From assembly GCA_951406725.2 (NCBI GenBank), contig OX597823.1, forward strand, positions 38,998,001 through 39,062,000: a stretch of DNA of 64,000 nt, written 5' to 3'. The notes below the pieces were generated by a model, which did no database searches, was not told where the DNA came from, and saw nothing but the letters and a program-made list of their open reading frames with translations. Positions 14,615 through 26,533 of the stretch are shown in pieces. The stretch's first letter is position 1. Every line of letters starts with the position of its first letter. A program made the translations under genes and the position numbers. Source of the stretch: Octopus vulgaris. Taxonomy: Eukaryota.

Positions 14615-14878
14615 AAGAAAGTAAGAAAATGGAAATATAGCATTTAATTAAAATCTATTAACTGCAAAAATCAAAGTCTCTTACAGCTGTTTCAGTTAAT
14701 TCTAAAAGATTAAATAGCAATTATTAAGATCACTATATTCGGCAAAATCTCTACAATGATTTTAATAACAGCTACTTAATCTTTTAGGGATAATTGAAAC
14801 ATATATAAAGGACGAAGCTTGATTTCTACAGATAATAGAATTTTATTAAATGTTATGTCACCATTTTCTTACTTTCTT
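14615..14878. repeat. Older imperfect fold-back with a half-hammerhead remnant
   Basis: AAGAAAGTAAGAAAATGG...vs...CCATTTTCTTACTTTCTT ends; the minus strand has GAAAcagctgTAagag near 14677-14693. Confidence 0.7.
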
Positions 14879-14960
14879 ATATATATATGTGTATGTGTGT
14901 ATATATATATATGTGTATATATATATATATTTAATATATATATATGTATATATTTAATAT

Positions 14961-14994
<34 letters not shown>

Positions 14995-15020
14995 ACATAC
15001 ACATATATAAATGCACATAC

Positions 15021-15073
<53 letters not shown>

Positions 15074-15195
15074 TGTAAATATATATATACACACACATAC
15101 ATATATATATATATACACACATACATATATAGATATATACACACACACACACACACATATATATATACACACACATACATATATATATACACATA
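14879..15195. repeat. (TA)n/(CA)n microsatellite tract
   Basis: Directly visible. Confidence 0.95.
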
Positions 15196-15244
15196 GATAT
15201 GTTTCGACCAAAGATTGGTCCAAGCCATGTCTAACTTATTAGTA

Positions 15245-16410
15245 CCACATGATGGGATTAGCTAAATCTTTTCTAAGTCAAGTTTTGTGGTATCATGGTC
15301 CATTCATGTAGTGAGTTCTTGTTGAGCGAGTTGTATCCAGGTGGCTTATCTAGTATTCCTGGAAGAAATTTGTCCAGATTCCATTTAAAAGTAATGGGAT
15401 CCTTTTCCTCATTGATCTGTTTTGGGACAATGTTAAATAGGGCAGGGCCTGTTGAGGAAAAGAAATTGTGTTTCAATAAGATTGTATGTTGTGATCCTGA
15501 ATTGGGTAGAGGATGTATGGCCTGTGGTCCTAGCTTTGGATGAATTTTGAAGCTAATGTTGAGGTCATTTGGGCAATCCTGGTGGTATATACTCCACATC
15601 ATGCAAATGACGTATTGCTCACGGTGGCACTGGAGGGAATAGTTTCAATGCTTTAAGGCAGTTCCAATAATTGAGATTAGTGATGCCCTTAATTCTTTCC
15701 ATGAATGACCTCTGGGGTGATTTGATTTTTGAGATGTTTTGTTTTCTACGGGGAGACCACAGAGATTAGCAGTATTCAAGGTGTGGCTGTAAAAAGAGAA
15801 AAGAAACTGGACGGTTCTTTGGCCCCAGAAACTCATCCCATGAGCTATATCGACCTTATTGTTGATGTGGGCACTCCAGTAAATTTGTTATCAAAAATTA
15901 CTCCAAGGTCTCTGATGTTATTACATACTATGAACGGTTCCCCTGAAGGAAGAAAGTATGGCTGTGTTAGTACAGTCTTTCTTCCAAAATGTATCAGCTC
16001 AAATTTTCCCTTGCTTACTTACATTTTGATTTTGTTAGCCCACTGACACACAGCATGTAGATCTGATTCAAGTTCACTTCAGTCTTCTTCTTCATTAATA
16101 CTTTTCTGGAGCTTAGAGTAATCAGGGAATATTTTCACTTTGCTGTGTTTTATGATGCTGGAGAGGTCTTTTTGATAAACTATAAAGAGGGACATCACTT
16201 TGCTGGGTTTGAGTGGATTCCACCAATCACAATGTGTTGTGGTCTGTTCTCCAGGAATTATCCAATCCAGTATAGAAGTTTTCCACGGATTCCAACATAT
16301 GACACTTTTGACATTAGAATATTATGGTCAACTCAGTCAAACACTTTACTAAAGTCAAGATATATCACGTCAAACTTTAAACCTGATACCAAGGCTTTAA
16401 GGATATCATA
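15245..16410 (-). mobile_element. CR1/L2-group LINE, 5'-truncated RT pseudogene
   Basis: Minus strand reads DVIYLDFSKVFD near 16340-16375, a degenerate FADD-type motif (FPDYSKL) near 16110-16130, and a C-terminal HNFFSSTGPALFNIVPK...LDKFL. Confidence 0.82.
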
Positions 16411-17285
16411 GATGTGGTGCATATATACATATATAAACTTTCTTGGAAATGGATATGTGGCATTCAATCACATAGTAATACAAATAATATATATATATAC
16501 ATATATGGGTACGGGACGTCACAAACCGTAGACAAAAAGAAATACGAAAACAAGAGCTGATACATAAAGAAGAGAAACAAATGAAAAACTGGACAAGTAA
16601 CATAAAGAAAGACCCTTCATCAGTTGTCAGCTGTCCTTCTACTCTTCATTTCAAGCACTGAATGACAATATGAGTCTTCAAAGGCAGTGGCTCCAGCAAA
16701 AACCAAAATAAAATTTGGGATTTGCAGAGGGTCAAAGCTGATAACAAAAACAGTACAGTGGGGACATGTAAGGAAACCATACAAAAACAAACATGGAGAG
16801 TCATTAGACCAGATGAAGTTAAAATAGCAAACGCTGGAGAAATATTTTTTTGTGACAAGAGAAAAGATAAAAGAGAGAGACAGATAGGGTACGTGCAGAC
16901 TCTACGACAGCCCTGAAGGAAACGAAAGATGATAACGTGATGAAAAGAAAGATGGATGATGGTCATGTGGGAGTAACAAGAGAGAGTAAAAGAGAAAAAT
17001 GGAGAGAGACAGCGTGCTTACTATTGCATGGCAATAGTGCAATTGAATACTAGGTATGGGTGGGGGTAAATTAGAAATTTACCGGGGATTTATTAGGCAA
17101 ATAAGAAAATGGAGAGGATATACAGTCGACAAACATCAGCCAGTAAACATTCAATTCTATCTATTTATTAAATCATTACAGACATGTGTTTAAGTGATAC
17201 AAGTAAATGAATGAAATCTGCCAGTAAATATGTAAACAGATATATATATATATATAGAAATAATAATTATACATATATATATATA

Positions 17286-17330
<45 letters not shown>

Positions 17331-17401
17331 TGAGATAGGGGTTGCAAATTCAACCCTCCATGGGATAACGAGTATATATGTAATTTGGTTTATACTTTAG
17401 A

Positions 17402-17528
17402 ATCTCCGAAGAGGCCTTAAGATATCTTTGTAAATGTCTCATTTTTGACTTCATATTGACATACTATACATGGCTAATATAGGTAAAAAGAGGCATATTT
17501 ATCTGCATGGCCGAAACAGCCGTAAGAT
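17402..17528 (+). ncRNA. Degenerate type I hammerhead with a long stem II insert
   Basis: aucu CCGAAGA ggcc [92 nt] ggcc GAAA cagccg UA agau; U4>C in the core. Confidence 0.6.
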
Positions 17529-17749
17529 ATAGTGTATATTTATATTTATATCTATTTATATTTATTTATTTATATCCTCTTATAATGATTGTACCTATTG
17601 TATTGTATTACTCATTCATGTACGCTGTTTTGTTATATATTTTTATGTTTAACCTTAACGTTCTTATGTAGTGGTTCAATAAAGTATGTGAATGGGTATT
17701 ATCTGGTAGTTGATTAATGATTTAGATGTATTTCTCCATTTTCTGATTT

Positions 17750-17810
17750 TGTATATATATATATATACATACATATATAAAAATAAACAAATAATAATAC
17801 ATACATATAC

Positions 17811-17841
<31 letters not shown>

Positions 17842-18071
17842 CATATAGTACAGATATATATATATATATATATACATATAGTACAGATATATATATATAT
17901 ACATATAGTACAGATATATATATATATATATACACATATAGTACAGATATATATATATATACATATAGTACAGATATATATATATATATATATACACATA
18001 TAGTACAGATATATATATATATATATATATACACATAAAGTACAGATATATATATATATATATATATATAC
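17750..18071. repeat. Minisatellite TAGTACAGA(TA)nCA, about 7 units, within (TA)n
   Basis: Repeated AGTACAGATATA units at 27-37 bp spacing. Confidence 0.9.
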
Positions 18072-18259
18072 ATAAATCTCAGAACAAGGTATAAACAGTA
18101 GCTGCATGACAATGTGAAGTATATTTGCCATCTAAATGTGGCTAACCATGTACTTGTAGCCCCAGAAGAACATCTCCAACTGGCTACTGACACACTTTCT
18201 GTGCACTATGAGTATTTGCAAAGGGAAGCCATCCTTCCCATCAGTGACCTGACATGATA

Positions 18260-18304
18260 TGCACGGACCTGGGTTTCTGGATATTTACCAGTCATCAGCG
18301 CATG
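18260..18304 (-). ncRNA. Minimal type I hammerhead ribozyme motif (unit 1)
   Basis: catgcg CUGAUGA c ugg-uaaauau-cca GAAA cccagg UC cgugca; predicted cleavage after the C complementary to 18266. Confidence 0.7.
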
Positions 18305-18616
18305 ACAATCACCGGTCTTCGATGTGAAGGGGTCCCAATGCAAATAGATATATCCTTTTTCCAGTGACAAAAAGTCACTGATCTCGAAAAAGTGTAAACA
18401 AGCAATAATAAATCTCTGAACAAGGTATAAACAGTAGCTCTCATGACAATGTGAAGTATATTTGCCACTTAAATGTGGCTAACCACTAAGGGTGGATGCT
18501 ACTGTAGCTTGTAGCCCCAGGAGAACATCTTCTCCAACTGGCTATTGACACACTTTCTGTGCCCTATCAGTATTTGGAAGGGAAGCCATCCTTCCCATCG
18601 TCGACTTGACGTGATA

Positions 18617-18661
18617 CGCATGGACCCGGGTTTCTGAGTATTTACCTGTCATCAGTATACA
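18617..18661 (-). ncRNA. Minimal type I hammerhead ribozyme motif (unit 2, stems partly decayed)
   Basis: uguaua CUGAUGA c agguaaauacuca GAAA cccggg UC caugcg; palindromic ACCCGGGU stem III. Confidence 0.62.
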
Positions 18662-18848
18662 ACAATTACCGGTTTTTGAGGCAAAGGGGTTCCAATGCAA
18701 ATACGATGGGAAGGATCTTTGTGTGTGTATATATAAATATATATACACACACACAAACATATACACAAACAAACATATACATATATATACATACACACAT
18801 ATACATATATATACATACAAACATACATATATATACATGCAAACATAT

Positions 18849-18885
<37 letters not shown>

Positions 18886-18887
<2 letters not shown>

Positions 18888-19120
18888 AAATTATAAATTA
18901 GGGTATCTACGAGATACCACCATGCTGAAAATAGCAGTCATGAACTGACTCTAAAACCACCTTAATTTTCCATAAATCAACACGGAGAGAAAACAAAGAG
19001 ACAAATCGTTTGTTTTCTCTCTATGTTGAAATATGGAAAATTAAGGTGGTTTTAGAGTCAGTTCATGGCTGCTATTTTCAGCATGGTGGTATCTCGTAGA
19101 TACCCTAATTTATAATTTTA
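18886..19120. repeat. Fold-back element, 112-bp arms, 11-nt loop
   Basis: 18886-18997 vs 19009-19120, about 5 mismatches. Confidence 0.95.
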
Positions 19121-19205
19121 ATAATTATTACCTTTAAAGGTTATTTTTTCCATGCTAACCACTTGATAAAATCGTTATTTTATTTTTAAATTAACAATCA
19201 TATTC

Positions 19206-19293
<88 letters not shown>

Positions 19294-19635
19294 ATATATA
19301 TATATATATATATATATGTACATACATACATATATGTATAGATATAGACATATATACATACATACACACATATCTATACATACACACATATGTATACACA
19401 CACACATATATGTATACATACATATATATATATATATATATGGATGAATGAATTAACCTTTGTTTACCGTAAACATGGAAAATTCAATAAACAGTTACCA
19501 GGGTAGCAAAATTCACGCAAGTAACAACGATGTACCGACCTATTCAAAGGTAGAAACTCCAGGTTAATGTGCAGTAATTTGTGTAGTATAAGTAAATAAA
19601 TGGAGTTGAATGCAGATGCTATTCAAATTCTTTTA

Positions 19636-19718
19636 CTTTCGACATATGTTTCGAAGACAACATTAGTTTTAATCCAAAGGAATAAACGGTGTAAAATGCA
19701 ATCTTCTCACCAGGAAAG
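19636..19718 (-). ncRNA. Mirror hammerhead copy with a core mutation (CUGGUGA)
   Basis: Reverse-complement copy of 19814-19893 with the same stems but A6>G in the core. Confidence 0.75.
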
Positions 19719-19813
19719 AAAGAGAACCTATCTCAACAACAAGACATTATAACAATTTTGATGACAGCATAAATCATAAACAGAACGCCATTGTTGTTGA
19801 GATAAGTTCCTTT

Positions 19814-19893
19814 CTTTCCTGATGAGAAGATTGCATTTTACACTGTTTATTTATTTGGAATAAAACCAATGTCTTCGAAACATATGTCGAAAG
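19814..19893 (+). ncRNA. Apparently intact minimal type I hammerhead ribozyme
   Basis: Stem I cuuuc/gaaag; CUGAUGA 19819-19825; stem II gaaga/ucuuc; GAAA 19877-19880; palindromic stem III ACAUAUGU; GUC cleavage triplet ending at 19888. Confidence 0.85.
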
Positions 19894-19929
19894 TAAAAGA
19901 ATTTGAATAAAATCTGCGTTCAACCCCAC

Positions 19930-20347
19930 TATATAAATATATATATATATACACATATACATACACATGCATACACACATATATATATATATACATACAT
20001 ATATATATGCGTACATACATATATATATACATACATATATATATATATACATATATATATACATACATATATATACAAATATAAATACATATACAAATAT
20101 AAATACATATACAAATATACATGCATATACAAATACACATACATATATACACACATATACATAAACATACATATATATACACATACATATATATACACAT
20201 ACATACACATATATATATACATACATATATATATGTGCATACATATACATACATATATATATGTGCATACATATACATACATATATATACATACATGCAT
20301 ATATATATCTACATATATATATACATACATGCATATATATATCTACA

Positions 20348-20381
<34 letters not shown>

Positions 20382-20955
20382 CAAATATAAATACATATAC
20401 AAATATACATGCATATACAAATATGCATACATATATATATTGTGTCGTCTTCTAAGAGTTATACGTTCTTGTCCATGTTGTATTTTTCTACATACCTTAA
20501 TATATATATATATATATATACATATACAAATATACATACATATATATATATATACATACATACATATACAAATATACATACATATATACATACATATATA
20601 AATATATACATACATACATATATATATATATATACACATATATATATATATACATACATACATACATATATACATACATACATATATATATATATACACA
20701 TATATATATATATATATACATACATACATAAATATACATATATATATACATACATATACAAATATACATAGATATATAAATATATATATACATATATATA
20801 TATATATACACACACATATATATATATACACATACATACATATATACATAAATACATACATATATATATACAGACATATATATATATATATACATACATA
20901 TATATATATATACATACATATATATACATAAATAGATATATATATATATACATAC

Positions 20956-21002
<47 letters not shown>

Positions 21003-21228
21003 CATACATATATATATATATACATACATATATATATATACATACATATATATATATACATACATATATATATATATATACATACATATATATATATACA
21101 TACATATATATATACATACATATATATATATACATACATATATATATATACATACATATATATATATACATACATATATATATATACATACATATATATA
21201 TACATACATATATATATATACATACATA

Positions 21229-21269
<41 letters not shown>

Positions 21270-21303
21270 ATATATACATACATATATATATATATATACA
21301 TAC

Positions 21304-21366
<63 letters not shown>

Positions 21367-21865
21367 TACATACATAAATATATACATATATATATATATA
21401 TACATACATATATACACATACATATATACTACATATACATATATATATACATACATATACACATACATATATACATACATACACACACATACATATATAT
21501 ACACACATACATATACTCTTTTACGTGTTTCAGTCATTTGACTGCGGCCATGCTGGAGCACCGCCTTTAGTCGAGCAAATCGACCCCGGGACTTATTCTT
21601 TGTAAGCCCAATACTTATTCTATCGGTCTCTTTTGCCGAACCGTTAAGTGACGGGGACGTAAACACACCAGCATCGGTTATCAAGCAATGCTAGGGGGAC
21701 AAACACAGACACACAATCACACACACACATATATATATATACACACACATATATATACATACACATGTACACATATATATACATACATATATCTACCCAC
21801 ATGTACATATACACATGCATATACATATATAAATATATACATACATATATATATATATAATATTC

Positions 21866-21896
<31 letters not shown>

Positions 21897-21907
21897 GATA
21901 GATATAA

Positions 21908-21954
<47 letters not shown>

Positions 21955-22035
21955 TATAGATATAAATATACATACACATATATATACATACATTATATAT
22001 AAATACATGTGCGTGTGTGTGTGTGTGTATGTATG
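19930..22035. repeat. Compound (TA)n/(TACA)n microsatellite expansion
   Basis: Almost purely alternating purine/pyrimidine; interrupted by a short unique piece at ~20441-20498 and by the SINE. Confidence 0.95.
21516..21720 (-). mobile_element. SINE 3' half, same family as 3669-4056
   Basis: High similarity to 3669-3870; the head is absent, replaced by microsatellite. Confidence 0.85.
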
Positions 22036-22784
22036 CACATGTTCATGTTCTTTAGTATTATTACGCGTATATACTTCAAGGAAAATATTCATTTTCATAA
22101 ACTGTAACATGTACAGTCTGAGAAATGAAAACTCGCATGCCAACCAAAACATCTTTAGCATGAATTAAACATTTGACATTTAGCTTGTCGCACTGAAATC
22201 GTTTCGAACCAGCATAGAAATATCAATTAGCGAATATTTTGATACACAACTTATTATAAATAGAAATTATCATGTTTATTTATTTATTTTTTTCTCAGAA
22301 CAAGATTTATTCATTTTTAAGTTGATTCTCATACTTTCTACATAACAACAACGGTCAAATGAGAACTGGAACACGAAAAATGATAATTACGAACATGAAG
22401 AGGAAAAAGAGGAAATCTTTTTTAATAAAAATGGTTCATATTGATTTAGTGATATATGAAAAGATGACCAAAACATCAAGTCAATATTTCATTAAAACTC
22501 AGTGTTATAATTTGGATTTTCTTGTATGAGTAACTCCCTTACTAAATAGAAACCAAGAGCTCCGAGAAAGGAAAAGGATGTTAAAGTTAGGACAAAAATG
22601 TGAAAGAATTAACATATTTAGAAGAAAAAAAAAATTAGAATTGTATTCTGTGCTTTACGGAATACAAGAATACGAAACAATGAATTTTTTAAAATCTTTA
22701 CTTTTGGCATGAGGTGTGGAACTTTGGAGGGATAACAATTCTATAACTCTATCCACCCACCCAACTGTTTATAGTTTTCGATAC

Positions 22785-23514
<730 letters not shown>

Positions 23515-24500
23515 GGTTAATTGATAGCGATACGCAGAAAGATAAAAGTTTACATATACGCTGAACATTATTTTTCGCTTTGGAAGCCCTATAGAAGGAA
23601 GCTATTGTTGGTTTGCGATGGTCCGTCTCGTTCTTTTGTCACTTAGGGTCATATCACCCCAGACAAAATGTCAGTTTGATCTGTCTACACGGATGTTTGA
23701 ATTATGAAAATAGCAGACATGTCGTATCTTTGGTTGACAGACAGAAAGACAAAAATTTATTTACGACTGGCTAATTGTCAGTAATATCCTGGTCGCGATA
23801 TGAATCATACATAATTCTAGGCAACAATAATAATAATAATAATACAGCTCTGAATCTTACCAGAGTAAGATCGAGAGCTCTAGAAAGTAAGATATAATAG
23901 AACTAAGCAAATGTTAAAAGAAGCGTGTGTTTTGAAGACATTAAAGATGACAAAATGTATTCTTTGGTGAAAGTTAGCCCAGATATTTTAGTTAACTAAA
24001 AAATCTTAATCGTTATTGAAATGAAAAACGATTACAAAATTGACATCAAAAACCAGTTATTTAAAAAATATATATTTTATCATTTTTGATCAGGCAGAGA
24101 CGTTAGAAAGAACAGAGTGGCATAGATATAAATACATATATAATGTATATATAATGCTTTATATATATACGTATATAGATAGATAGATAGATAGATAGAT
24201 AATTAAAAATAAAAGAATTTCAAAAAGATTGAAAACGAGAGGTTGTGGCGTTCATTATGTTCTACAGGCGCTGAGGACAAAATACATTTCAATTAAAGAC
24301 TAACAAATTCATAAAAAATATAAAAGGATTTCATATAAATAAAAATGGGGAGGTTGAGAAGTGGAAATTGGAGTTAATTCTAAAGTATTTGTAATGACAG
24401 GCAGACGGAAGAGAAAGAAAATAATAGAGAAAGGAGGAAGAATGAAAGAACGTAGAGAAAAAAGGGTGTTCACTAAGGAAACCGATAAAGGGCCGGTGCT

Positions 24501-24512
24501 TATGACGTCATA
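24501..24512. promoter_or_regulatory. Palindromic CRE (CREB/ATF) site
   Basis: TATGACGTCATA, a 12-bp perfect palindrome containing TGACGTCA, in a unique CpG-rich stretch about 1.9 kb upstream of the exon. Confidence 0.45.
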
Positions 24513-24667
24513 GCAGCAGACATCATGGACCAGATAAATCTGTGATGGGCCCTTTTTCGAAAAAGGGGCTAGCAGAGAGAAAAATGAATGGGAAAACTAG
24601 AATTTTAGCAGGTCAGCTTGTCACAGGTCACTCTGATACTTCGTCTGTAGCACTGAATGAAGTTTTT

Positions 24668-25152
24668 GCGCGCGCGCGCACATACACCAACATATATATA
24701 CACACATACAACTATGTAAATATATATATCCATACAAACAAATATATGTATATAAACATATATATACATATAAATATATGCATATAAATATATATACATA
24801 CATATGTATATAATATATACATATATGGACATATGTATATTTACATATATATATATACACATATCTGTATTTATGCATATATAAATATATATACATATAT
24901 GTATATATATGTATATACATATATATATATACATGTACATATATGAATATGTACATGTATACATGTACATATATATACGTATATGTATGTATATGTACAT
25001 ATATATACATGTGTATATGTATATATATACCTATATAGATATACGTATATATATACATGTATATTATGTATATATATATATACATATGTATATAAACATG
25101 TATATAAATATATACATATGTATATATATACACACACATAGACATATATGTA

Positions 25153-25183
<31 letters not shown>

Positions 25184-25395
25184 GCATTCATATATACATA
25201 CATGTATATATATGCATACATATATATATATATATATACACACATATAGATATACATATATTTACATATCCACTTATATATATATATCCATATATATATT
25301 CACACTTATATACATATATATATACACACACACATATATATATACACACACATATATATATACACACATACGCATATTCATTATAAACACACACA
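24668..25395. repeat. (CG)n followed by a degenerate (TA/CA/TG)n tract
   Basis: Directly visible. Confidence 0.92.
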
Positions 25396-26199
25396 GAAAA
25401 TATAGTGTGAATGCAGTGGAATAAAATGTAGTTGAGAATTTTTTCATGCTGACTAAATGACAGCAAATTTGTTCCCTGATGGTGACTGACATGTGACTTA
25501 GCAGCTGCGATCAGTCGGTCAAATTAATGAAACATTATTAAATACATCTACATTATCAATTAACGTTGACATTCTTTTCTTCTGCTGTCATTTTTTCCAC
25601 CTTTTTCTTTGTTTTGAGTTTTTACTAGTCGCAAATGGTTTTTTTGGTAGTTGTAGCCGACAGCATCGATGGCAGCTGCTTCGGAGAAGTAGAAATTGTG
25701 CAATGTAAGCAAGCTGTCATGGAGAAAACTTACCATTAGAAGGATGTTTAAAGAGCGAAGGATGCTGGAAAGCCTGCCTGACACAAACTTTAAAGGGCGG
25801 TGCCGTATTTCAAAGAACGTATATTAAGACAACCACACACACACATACCTAGTTATTTGGAAATTACTTACGATTTCCAACTCTTTTGAATTACATAGAG
25901 GTATATGGTGATCAGAATTATAAAAATAACTTTTAATTGTTTACACATTAACAGCCACCTAATTAATAAATGATGAGAAACTTACACACGATATATTTCT
26001 TTCATACGCTGAAATAACGTTACAGTTAGGGTGCTTTTTTACTAAATGAATGGTAAAAGTAAATCGGTTTTAAACCGTCTTGTCTTATGAAGTTAAATGT
26101 ATGCATGTGATGTATATATTTATATCCATAAATATATAAACATATATATGTATATATATATACACAGAAAGAGAGAGAGAGAGAGATATTACGATATCT

Positions 26200-26424
26200 A
26201 CCTCGAGTTCTGTTCTATGCCGGTCACAACGGGAGCGAGATACACGATATAGTACCACTTGTTACGGCTTCTCTCATTGGTGCATGCTGGCGTGATGCAA
26301 CGTCTGAGATGTAATGGACCAATGAGAGAAAGCAATAGTTAAAGTTCTGGCTGGGCTAAACTAATTGGTAAGCCACCAGCCGCGAGCATCTTGCCATTCT
26401 ATGGCTGCACTGGCGTAGGAAACG
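26200..26424 (+). promoter_or_regulatory. Core promoter / 5'UTR of the futsch-like gene with three CCAAT boxes
   Basis: ATTGG at 26276-26280, CCAAT at 26319-26323 and ATTGG at about 26364-26368; CpG/GC-enriched, directly upstream of the ATG. Confidence 0.65.
26401..26418 (+). other. uORF MAALA* in frame with the main ORF
   Basis: ATG GCT GCA CTG GCG TAG GAA ACG ATG; 24 nt upstream of the main ATG. Confidence 0.7.
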
Positions 26425-26533
26425 ATGGAGGATTTCGGAACGGCCGCAGCTACCAAGGCTGCGTTACTTCTTATTATTGGAGAACCTGTAACTGAGGACC
26501 ATAAACATTTAATCCCGGAGGAATTAGCTAAAG
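26425..26533 (+). CDS. futsch: First coding exon of a MAP1/futsch-like microtubule-associated protein (MEDFGTAAATKAALLLIIGEPVTEDHKHLIPEELAK-G)
   Basis: Strong-context ATG (aacgATGG), 36 codons plus 1 nt, then donor AAAG|gtaaag. LLLIIGEP..E.HK.LI.EEL.KG resembles the N-terminal motif of Futsch/MAP1S/MAP1B, whose first intron I recall as also phase 1 at this Gly. No convincing exon 2 was found in the window. Confidence 0.82.

Larger units (their letters stand above)
18072..18720 (-). mobile_element. Tandem repeat (about 1.9 units) with one hammerhead ribozyme motif per unit; retrozyme / Penelope pLTR-like
   Basis: Units start at 18072 and 18408 (ATAAATCTC.GAACAAGGTATAAACAGTAGCT); each carries CTGATGA...GAAAcccrggTC on the minus strand; flanked by TA-rich microsatellite. 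Confidence 0.78.
19601..19928. repeat. Fold-back element, ~140-bp arms, ~48-nt spacer
   Basis: 19601-19742 is the reverse complement of 19791-19928 at roughly 90% identity. Confidence 0.92.

Noticed and set aside
17840-18060. Regularly spaced TAGTACAGA repeats resembling a CRISPR array
   Set aside because: The spacers are only (TA)n, the repeat is about 9 bp, and the context is eukaryotic with no cas genes; it is a minisatellite.
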